Shown in pieces: positions 1-6,154 of a stretch of 32,000 nt of DNA. The stretch is taken from assembly GCF_000757865.1 (NCBI RefSeq), contig NZ_CP007754.1, positions 1,200,001 to 1,232,000 of the forward strand, written 5' to 3'. How positions within the stretch are numbered: position 1 is the first letter of the stretch; every line of letters starts with the position of its first letter. The notes under the pieces are model-generated. The model saw nothing but the letters and a program-made list of their open reading frames with translations, did no database searches and was not told where the DNA came from. Origin of the DNA: Prochlorococcus sp. MIT 0801. Lineage in GTDB: Bacteria > Cyanobacteriota > Cyanobacteriia > PCC-6307 > Cyanobiaceae. The position numbers and the translations under genes were made by a program.

Positions 1-1194
1 CTCAAGTAAATGATCAATTGTTGGTGCAAGACCATTTGTTCCACCTGCAACGCTACCTATTCCACTTGTGTTGAGAATTCCTCTAGGTTGATTAGATGAT
101 CCTGTTCCTGTAATAGCAGCTAAATCAATTGCCTCTGCAATAACAGCTAGGAAATCACTTCTTACTAAACCCTCTATCTCTGGTGTTGCCTGTAGATCCA
201 TTAAATGACTGAATTTGCTATATGCACCAATGGTTTTGGGTGTCATTGCAATACTGCCTAAAGCTCCAGTTGACTCAGTAATTGAGTCAGAATTGTCTGC
301 ACCAATCCAATAGGCACTGGCTGATCCACTACGAGTAGGAATATCGACATTGCCCACTAATGATGGAAGCATTGTTGCTCCAAGTTCAGCTACAGCAAGG
401 CTGTTTCTGAGACTATCTACAAATCGATCTGCAAGATGTTCAGTCGCAATCAGATTGCCACCAGAAGCAGCAGTGCCAGCCACATAAGCCCTTGTAGACC
501 AACCGTTAGAAGGGACGAAGAAGCCTTGAGTTCTTTTGCCATTAACTCTTTCAAGTTCTGTATTTATTTCTAACTCTCTTCCAGATAAACCTCTGCCAGA
601 TGCGATACCTTTTGCAGCTTGAATAATAGAGAAATTATCTGATTCTCTTGCAAACTCATCTGGAATAGATGTGTTGATTGGTTCGTAGTTTGAAACTGGA
701 GTTGTTGTCATTTGATTAGCAGGAATTGATGTGGAACGATTAACGCCAATAGATGGATCAGCAGGGATTGAAACGATGCTCAACTCAACTGGTTGCCATG
801 AAATAGCTCTTGTTATTTCTTCGTCTTGCTCTACTTGATTGACTTGATATCCAACAGAAATATTTTCCAGAATATTATTTTCAACATCTTTTCTAATCTC
901 TAATGCTCTTGGATTAGTCGCCCATTTAATAGTGGCTTTGCCTCTCTTGTCTTCGATCCAAGCTTTGGTGACTTTGCCCAAAACTTGGTTGGGATCATGG
1001 TTGAACAATAGTGGAGCTGCACCTGTATTTAGACGAGTTAAATCAACAGATTCCTCATCATGGTCGAGTACTTCCTCTCCAAAATATCTTTCTACTGGTT
1101 GCTCACTACTAAATGAAAAAGTGAGATTATCCCGTTCTGTTTGAGCATCCATGGGAAGAAATCTCCTTTTGATTTCAACGGTTTTTGTAGTCAT
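1..1194 (-). CDS. HK97-type prohead serine protease fused to an HK97-family major capsid protein (partial; the C-terminus lies left of the window)
   Basis: Absent from the ORF track because it runs off the window. My reverse-complement translation of 1194->1 is open for 398 codons; 1-300 and 1100-1194 were re-checked codon by codon. N-terminal ~150 aa: MTTKTVEIKRRFLPMDAQTERDNLTFSFSSEQPVERYFG..LLFNHDPNQVLGKV..ENISVGYQV..VELSIVSIPADPS. This is a protease S78/U35-like pattern, with His in LFNHD and Ser in ISVGY. From about aa 190: FSIIQAAKGIASGRGLSGRELEINTELERVNGKRTQGFFVP..AYWIGADNSDSITESTGALGSIAMTPKTIGAYSKFSHLMDLQATPEIEGLVRSDFLAVIAEAIDLAAITGTGSSNQPRGILN, a typical HK97 capsid pattern. A GAGGAAAGGA SD-like purine run lies just upstream of ATG 1194. 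An alternative in-frame ATG is at 1152. Confidence 0.8.
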   Translation of the reverse strand, partial: MTTKTVEIKRRFLPMDAQTERDNLTFSFSSEQPVERYFGEEVLDHDEESVDLTRLNTGAAPLLFNHDPNQVLGKVTKAWIEDKRGKATIKWATNPRALEIRKDVENNILENISVGYQVNQVEQDEEITRAISWQPVELSIVSIPADPSIGVNRSTSIPANQMTTTPVSNYEPINTSIPDEFARESDNFSIIQAAKGIASGRGLSGRELEINTELERVNGKRTQGFFVPSNGWSTRAYVAGTAASGGNLIATEHLADRFVDSLRNSLAVAELGATMLPSLVGNVDIPTRSGSASAYWIGADNSDSITESTGALGSIAMTPKTIGAYSKFSHLMDLQATPEIEGLVRSDFLAVIAEAIDLAAITGTGSSNQPRGILNTSGIGSVAGGTNGLAPTIDHLLE

Positions 1195-1309
1195 TCCTTT
1201 CCTCTTTTTGTAATTGCAGATAACGTCTTCTCATTGGTGAAGTAAGAGCATCATCTAGGACGTGTTTGCACACTCTTGGTGTGTCGTCATCAACTAAAAG
1301 CTGAGTCAT
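1175..1309 (-). CDS. Hypothetical 44-aa protein, translationally coupled to the capsid gene
   Basis: ATG at 1309, TGA at 1177-1175. Translation: MTQLLVDDDTPRVCKHVLDDALTSPMRRRYLQLQKEERNDYKNR. It overlaps the capsid-fusion start by 20 nt (AATGAC arrangement). It is below the 60-aa track cut-off and I recognise no family. Confidence 0.3.
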   Translation of the reverse strand: MTQLLVDDDTPRVCKHVLDDALTSPMRRRYLQLQKEERNDYKNR

Positions 1310-1419
1310 AAAATATTGCGAATAATATATTTTATCTGTAAAAACTATTGGTATAGCTGTTGTTTTGGTGGGTAAATGAAATTAAAAACTAAATAGTATT
1401 ATATGCCAACTAATAACTC

Positions 1420-1680
1420 TTAATTAATGTTAAAACGACTAAAAATGTCTTAAAACAGCTTAAATACATATTTCAATTTCGATACATAATTAATGCTGTC
1501 TCGGTGCCTCAGGTGTCTCGGCATTTTCTATACCTTTCCCAGTATTGTTATCTATCTATAAATTACTACCTTCAACTTTATTATCTGAGACACTGAGGCG
1601 GAAGGGCTAAAGCCCAACCACCAGAACAGGTTTACCCCGCCTCGGAAGAAGCCAAATCTACTGAGGCTTCTGAGGCAGAC
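1420..1680. repeat. Iteron / inverted-repeat cluster next to an AT-rich tract; candidate replication origin of the element
   Basis: TTAAAAC(G/A)(A/G)CT at 1430-1440 and 1450-1460. TGTCTCGG at 1497-1504 and 1514-1521. Inverted repeat GCCTCAGGTGTCTC (1506-1519) / GAGACACTGAGGC (1587-1599). CTGAGGC at 1593-1599, 1661-1667 and 1670-1676; variant GCCTCGG at 1639-1645. The cluster lies immediately 3' of the VirE-type replication gene. Confidence 0.35.
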
Positions 1681-2936
1681 TTTCTCCATAGTCTTGGTTG
1701 CTTGACTCCATTAATTCGTTTTTGATTTTTATCTTGGACGAAACCTAATTCTCTTAGAGCGTTACCAGCTTCCTTACAATCGTGAGCTGTTATACGACCA
1801 CGATCTCTGCAACCACTTAAGTGGAGAGCTGTTTCTGCAGAGAATCCATCTGATCCTTGCTTATTTACCCACTCATACAAGCTTGAATAAAAAGGATGCT
1901 CAGCTTCAAAGTCACTATTATTCAACTCTGATTGAGCATGTTCTTCAGGAGACAGATAACACTTGTAGCCATTTAGATAAGCGAGGTGAGCAGCTTTCCA
2001 AATTCGATCACGATCTTGTTCTATTTTTTCAAGATTAATCTTTTGGTTTGGAAGGCTGATGATATTGAATCGTCTATTACCAGTTGGATCAACGAGAAAA
2101 TCCAATCGGTTGCATGTGCCTACAAGGATGCTGGGCCTTGGGAAAAGTTGAACATTTCTTCCATATGGAACTCTGAATGTATCTGAGGAACTACTAAGTA
2201 AGCCTTTTAAGCTACCCGCATCTTTTTTATTGGTGAGGTGATCTAGTTCTTGAATTTCATGAACCCATCCTCGATGAAGTTGCAGGTAAGCATCCTTCCC
2301 CTCACCAATAGTGGTATCAGAGAACCAATCTTCACCAACAAGAGTTTTAAAACAAGCAGATTTGTTAAGACCTTGCGGACCCTGAAGTATCAGTGCGGTA
2401 TCGAATTTAATTCCAGGTTTAAAAACTCTTGAAACTGCTCCTACCAAACAATTGGCCAACATTCTGTTGTACAAAGATTTGCTTTTGTGATTTTTATCTA
2501 TTGCCAAATACTCTTCAGCAAGAGTATTAATGTCCGCTTCAAATAGGTGATTGTTAGCTAATAAATCAAGAAGGTATTTTTTTATTGGATGATATGGATT
2601 TTTTTGACAGGCAACAATAAAAGCATCGACAGCGGCTTCACTGGTAATTTTAAAACCACGATCAGACAGATGTGTTGATAATTTATCGCTGAATACTGGT
2701 TCTATTCTCTGTCCATCAAGTTCTGGCTCCATTGATAATTCATTCCATGCCAGCCTCGCTCCAAAGTGCTTATTGAGAAGAGTACAAAAATCACCAGCGT
2801 GTAACTTTCTTCTTTTTCCCAAAGATATCCAACCCCACATCCAACCAACAATTGGATTAGTTGAATATGTTGGTCTATTTGGGTCAGGGAAAATCTCTGA
2901 CTCTTCTTGTCCAAAGACTTGAATTTCTTCAATCAT
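1632..2936 (-). CDS. VirE-family / D5-N-like P-loop replication NTPase (SF3-helicase-like) of a mobile element
   Basis: 434-aa ORF. Walker-A-like LILQGPQGLNKS, Walker-B-like GWVHEIQELD, then RVPYGRNVQLFPRPSILVGTCNRLDFLVDPTGNRRF. This pattern is typical of VirE (PF05272-type) proteins of phages and satellites. I saw no toprim or AEP primase motifs in the N-terminal ~170 aa. Confidence 0.75.
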   Translation of the reverse strand: MIEEIQVFGQEESEIFPDPNRPTYSTNPIVGWMWGWISLGKRRKLHAGDFCTLLNKHFGARLAWNELSMEPELDGQRIEPVFSDKLSTHLSDRGFKITSEAAVDAFIVACQKNPYHPIKKYLLDLLANNHLFEADINTLAEEYLAIDKNHKSKSLYNRMLANCLVGAVSRVFKPGIKFDTALILQGPQGLNKSACFKTLVGEDWFSDTTIGEGKDAYLQLHRGWVHEIQELDHLTNKKDAGSLKGLLSSSSDTFRVPYGRNVQLFPRPSILVGTCNRLDFLVDPTGNRRFNIISLPNQKINLEKIEQDRDRIWKAAHLAYLNGYKCYLSPEEHAQSELNNSDFEAEHPFYSSLYEWVNKQGSDGFSAETALHLSGCRDRGRITAHDCKEAGNALRELGFVQDKNQKRINGVKQPRLWRKSASEASVDLASSEAG

Positions 2937-2938
2937 TT

Positions 2939-3289
2939 TTACAACCCCACTGCTTCAATTCGATCAATTACGTCACTAAGATTTTTTGCATATTGCTCGT
3001 GTATTCGGTGCTGTTCAAAAGTGATCTTGATTAACTCTTTCTTTCTGTTGAGGTTGGCTTCGGCTAGAGCTGTATAACCAGTTTGTAATTCTTGAATTTG
3101 TGAAACTAGCGAATAATTCTGAGCGGTTGTCTCGGCTAAATGCTCAATAACGAAATTGAAATCAGCTTTGCTCCACTTTTTCATTAAGTAATTTTTTAAA
3201 TCCTCAACAGTCAGATTGGTTAGGATTGGTGCAGGGTATTCGGACTTCTCGTTTTCTTGTGACGAGGGGCCTTTTTTTTGTGATGTCAT
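2939..3289 (-). CDS. Hypothetical coiled-coil protein of the element (116 aa from ATG 3289; 118 aa from TTG 3295)
   Basis: The ORF is packed between the HTH gene (stop 3292-3294) and the VirE gene (start 2936), with 2-nt gaps on both sides. The sequence is heptad-like and Q/E/L-rich. No family recognised. Confidence 0.55.
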   Translation of the reverse strand: MTSQKKGPSSQENEKSEYPAPILTNLTVEDLKNYLMKKWSKADFNFVIEHLAETTAQNYSLVSQIQELQTGYTALAEANLNRKKELIKITFEQHRIHEQYAKNLSDVIDRIEAVGL

Positions 3290-3291
3290 TT

Positions 3292-3603
3292 TCAAGCACC
3301 CATTTTTTGATAGGTGGCTATCCCTTCGGCTGCTGTAAGAGGAGCCTCTTCAGTAATTTTTGTTTGCTCAATTTGCCAATTTCTAATTTCGTCAACATTG
3401 AACAAAACAGTTGAAGCTTTTTTGCCAGTGCTATACAACCAATGCTTGCCAGCTTCTAATTCACAAGTATTTTTGAGGCTCCACAAAGTTGCCTCAGACA
3501 TTCCCAGCATTTTTGATGCTTGAGATTTTCCAAACCAAGAAATCACTATTAAATAAGTAGTACCGATTATTTGAGACCCGCCCTTTTTCCTCCGTGGAGC
3601 CAA
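3292..3603 (-). CDS. Small HTH DNA-binding protein, excisionase / AlpA-like
   Basis: 103 aa with a TTG start; there is no in-frame ATG upstream of the HTH. ..SQASKMLGMSEATLWSLKN..GKHW..VLFNVDEIRNW resembles MerR-superfamily excisionase/AlpA regulators. It is the first well-supported gene of the leftward operon next to the tRNA. Confidence 0.55.
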   Translation of the reverse strand: MAPRRKKGGSQIIGTTYLIVISWFGKSQASKMLGMSEATLWSLKNTCELEAGKHWLYSTGKKASTVLFNVDEIRNWQIEQTKITEEAPLTAAEGIATYQKMGA

Positions 3604-3640
3604 ATCTAATTAGATCTGGAAGTCTCTCTTCTTTTTAAAA

Positions 3641-3832
3641 TCATTTGGTCAATCCAGCTTCTGGGGCTAATCCGACACCTAATCCAGAAACACGAAAGTC
3701 AGTTACCTTCACTTGGTTCACAGGCAGAACTTCCGCTTCTCCTGATCTTTTGTTTTTGCTTGGGAAGAGAGTGAACTCCTTTTGATACCCAAACGTAGGG
3801 GTGCTTGAAATTAGAAATCTAATCTTGGCCAA
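3641..3832 (-). CDS. Doubtful 63-aa ORF between the HTH gene and tRNA-Pro
   Basis: TTG start, no SD, no recognisable motif. It is co-directional with the element operon. It may simply be regulatory or att-arm DNA. Confidence 0.15.
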   Translation of the reverse strand: MAKIRFLISSTPTFGYQKEFTLFPSKNKRSGEAEVLPVNQVKVTDFRVSGLGVGLAPEAGLTK

Positions 3833-3953
3833 AAGCTAGCTTGATAAATTCCAATCTGCAACAACATATTTAAAAGTCTTGGGAAAAACTAGAAGAATTC
3901 AGGCTGTCACTAGACGCTTTTCCCAATTTTTTCCCAAACTACAATTTCCCATT

Positions 3954-3980
3954 AAAAAAGACAGGCTGGGAAACCTGTCT
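3954..3980 (-). terminator. Rho-independent terminator of tRNA-Pro
   Basis: On the minus strand: AGACAGG-tttcccag-CCTGTCT followed by TTTTTT (plus-strand A-run 3954-3959). It begins 9 nt after the tRNA 3' end. Confidence 0.6.
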
Positions 3981-3988
3981 ATGACTGA

Positions 3989-4062
3989 TCGGGGCGACAG
4001 GATTCGAACCTGCGACCTAGTGCTCCCAAAGCACCCGCGCTACCAAGCTGCGCCACGCCCCG
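3989..4062 (-). tRNA. tRNA-Pro (anticodon UGG)
   Basis: The reverse complement folds by hand into a cloverleaf: CGGGGCG TG GCGC AGCTTGGTA GCGC G GGTGC TTTGGGA GCACT AGGTC GCAGG TTCGAAT CCTGT CGCCCCG A. Length 74 nt, GTTCGAAT T-loop, no encoded CCA. Confidence 0.93.
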
Positions 4063-4378
4063 TCAACCAAGATTGTAGCCCCTGATAGCTGCTAAGAAAA
4101 TATAAATTCCCTAAAGCTTGACTCAATAATGATCAAATAGAATCATTTAGAGAGTTTTGTCACTCGCTATCTATCTAAAGAAAGTTAATGAATAGCCAAT
4201 AAAGACGAATTAAAACGGCGAGACTATGAACGTGAATATTCTTATAAAAAATAGACTATGAAAGTCATCTGTTCATTCGAGAAGGGAACTGCTTAAGGAT
4301 TTCCAGATTTTCATGTAAAGATCATGTACCAAAGATATCCAGTAACACTATCCTCAGTGTATATTCGTAATGATTTAG

Positions 4379-4555
4379 ATGCCACCTACACCAGATAGGA
4401 CGTTTATTTACTCCGAAATCATCCAGCATACAACTTTGGAACTAATGACCAAGCTGACCGAATATCCATCTCCAGAGAAGCAAGAAGCACTTATAGAAGC
4501 TCAGCGAAGTAATGCAGAAGTGAGGGTGCTAAGAAAGCAACCGAATATCTTATAA
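4379..4555 (+). CDS. Hypothetical 58-aa protein
   Basis: ATG 4379 to TAA 4553-4555. Translation: MPPTPDRTFIYSEIIQHTTLELMTKLTEYPSPEKQEALIEAQRSNAEVRVLRKQPNIL. Below the track cut-off. It lies inside the segment bracketed by the 12-bp direct repeats. Confidence 0.3.
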   Translation: MPPTPDRTFIYSEIIQHTTLELMTKLTEYPSPEKQEALIEAQRSNAEVRVLRKQPNIL

Positions 4556-4614
4556 GCACCCCATTTTAATATTTCCTTATCACTCGCTATCACTCATTAA
4601 GGGTTTGTCGCATT

Positions 4615-4638
4615 AAAAAAGCCCTGCTACTACAGGGC
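4615..4638 (-). terminator. Terminator-like hairpin downstream of the orphan tRNA-Pro 5' half
   Basis: On the minus strand: GCCCTG-tagtag-CAGGGC followed by TTTTTT. It is preceded on the plus strand by CATTAAAAAAG, the same context as the genuine tRNA terminator at 3951-3960. Confidence 0.45.
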
Positions 4639-4658
4639 TGTTGCTTGTCTAAAATTCC

Positions 4659-4699
4659 GCTCCCAAAGCACCCGCTCTACCGAGCTGCTCCACGCCCTG
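4659..4699 (-). pseudogene. tRNA-Pro 5'-half fragment (anticodon loop to 5' end); a copy of the upstream flank continues to ~4775
   Basis: gctcccaaagcacccgCtctaccGagctgcTccacgcccTg aligns to 4022-4062 of the intact gene with 4 mismatches. The following ~75 nt (4700-4775) align to the flank at 4063-4140, for example gatagctgc and ataaattc. Confidence 0.8.
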
Positions 4700-4909
4700 T
4701 CAATTAAGATCGTAGCCACTGATAGCTGCCAATAGAAAATAAATTCTCAAAAATTTTGACTAATAATAATGAATTACAATTTTGCAATGATTTTTTGACC
4801 TTATTTTTCAAGCTTTCCTACAAAACAATATTTATAAACATCTAAAAAAATATAGTTTTTTTTTAGATTCCAAGAACTATTTTTTGAGGAATACTAAGAC
4901 AAATTCTGA

Positions 4910-5899
4910 TCAATTACATATAGGGACTTCTGCAATACCCCAATTGTAAGGCCAATAAGCATCATCTTCTAATCCATAATATTCTTTAGGGTTGACTGGT
5001 TCTTGCCACCATCCATTTAATCCCCCATGTCTTTCTGCATGACCAGAGGGATCCTTCATTAACAAATGGAAACCTCCTGCTTGTCCACTCTGATGATATT
5101 GATTATTCCAGCCACCTTGCCCTGCCCCATAGGGGGATTCAAAATCTTCATCTAAATCATTACCATTAGCCCAATTAAAATCACCTTCAGAATCTGAACT
5201 CAATCCAATCCAAGCTCCTGCACGAAGTCCATCTCCCCAGTTAGGATCAGGCGAAGACAACTTATCTGTATAAGTATCTATTAAATACTGATTCTCATCT
5301 GTGTTATTTGGAGTCGTTAAAAAGCCACCTAATTTCTGGGCGTTATCATTAGCCTCGGTCCATGATGAACCTTTGATTAAAACATAAGCCGAACACCCTC
5401 TTTTAGATAAAGAGTCGGGCATTATGACATCAGCATTTTTGATTATCAATCCTTCAAGAGACTGGTCATCAGAAGAACCACAAATTGCATTTAAACAAGC
5501 ATTAAAGTTTATTCCACTTAACCCTTTAAATGAATATGACAAAAGATTTGTACTAGCCTCAAGAATAAATGAAGGAAAAACCGATGAATTGCTTGGGGTA
5601 GCGCTAATTAATCCATTTGATTGATTACCACTACAACTATTTGAACCATCAGATTGGATTTGATAAGAATTTAAATTGCTTGAAGTAAATGTACCTGCGT
5701 TACCCGTATCAATTCTATTAATTTCACATTCAGTTTGAATTTGTTTCATTGCTGCCAATGCAGCAGTCGCCTGAGCTTTTCTCTGGAAGCAGCTAAACGT
5801 GGGGATTGCAATCGCAGATAGGACTGCCAGTACAGAAACAACAACTACTAGTTCAATCAAAGAGAATCCTTCTTCTTTTAAGTGATTCTTTAAAACCAT
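4910..5899 (-). CDS. Type IV prepilin-like N-terminus fused to a C-type-lectin-like C-terminal domain (paralog 1)
   Basis: 329-aa ORF. Prepilin signal KEEG|FSLIELVVVVSVLAVLSAIAIP (Gly-1, Phe+1, Glu+5). C-terminal ~170 aa: GCSAYVLIKGSSWTEANDNAQKLGGFLTTPNNTDENQYLI..GAWIGLSSDSEGDFNWANG..VPICN. This has CTLD hallmarks: W-x-EA, GG-x-L, WIGL and a terminal Cys. Confidence 0.7.
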   Translation of the reverse strand: MVLKNHLKEEGFSLIELVVVVSVLAVLSAIAIPTFSCFQRKAQATAALAAMKQIQTECEINRIDTGNAGTFTSSNLNSYQIQSDGSNSCSGNQSNGLISATPSNSSVFPSFILEASTNLLSYSFKGLSGINFNACLNAICGSSDDQSLEGLIIKNADVIMPDSLSKRGCSAYVLIKGSSWTEANDNAQKLGGFLTTPNNTDENQYLIDTYTDKLSSPDPNWGDGLRAGAWIGLSSDSEGDFNWANGNDLDEDFESPYGAGQGGWNNQYHQSGQAGGFHLLMKDPSGHAERHGGLNGWWQEPVNPKEYYGLEDDAYWPYNWGIAEVPICN

Positions 5900-6096
5900 T
5901 GGATAATAGATCTAAGGCATTAAATGTATTGTTTTTAATTCTGGCTAAATAAAAAAATGTCGACTAACATTTATAGTATATCTATACAAAACGTGTTCTA
6001 TTTATAGCTTTACAAACTAGAGACTCTGGCCTCTATCAACTATCAAGAAATCCTTGGGCACTAAAAACAGTGAATAAGTTAATAAATCCTTTATTT

Positions 6097-6139
6097 GACA
6101 GATAGTGATTTCGAACTGCGACCTAGCGTTCCCTATGCA
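6097..6139 (-). pseudogene. tRNA-Pro 3'-half fragment (acceptor/T-arm to anticodon loop)
   Basis: gacag[atagt]gatttcgaactgcgacctagcgttccctatgca aligns to 3996-4033 of the intact gene. The T-arm GATTCGAAC..GCGACCTAG is well kept. It sits 16 nt below the stop of the second pilin-lectin gene. Confidence 0.7.
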
Positions 6140-6154
6140 AATCAAATATGGCTT

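Larger units (their letters stand above)
1..3988 (-). mobile_element. tRNA-proximal portion of a capsid-encoding, phage-satellite-like (PICI / tycheposon-like) integrative element. It extends beyond the window start.
   Basis: A co-directional, tightly packed gene string reads away from the 3' end of tRNA-Pro: HTH, coiled-coil protein, VirE-type NTPase, AT-rich iteron region, small ORF, protease-capsid fusion. Composition differs from the neighbouring island: hand count gives 25/60 G+C at 1-60 versus 12/60 at 10681-10740. No integrase or distal att repeat lies inside the window. Confidence 0.6.

Noticed and set aside
932-1144. 70-aa plus-strand track ORF
   Set aside because: It lies entirely antisense within the protease-capsid reading frame, which has strong family-level motifs. 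It is an S/L-rich mirror-frame artefact.
1-1194. Encapsulin nanocompartment shell gene instead of a viral capsid
   Set aside because: Encapsulins also have the HK97 fold. Here, however, the fold is fused to a prohead-protease-like domain and sits with a VirE-type replication protein and an excisionase-like gene next to a tRNA. That context points to a mobile viral element.
3879-4085. 68-aa plus-strand track ORF
   Set aside because: It runs antisense through the tRNA-Pro terminator and the whole tRNA-Pro gene. It is explained by the GC-rich tRNA lacking stops.
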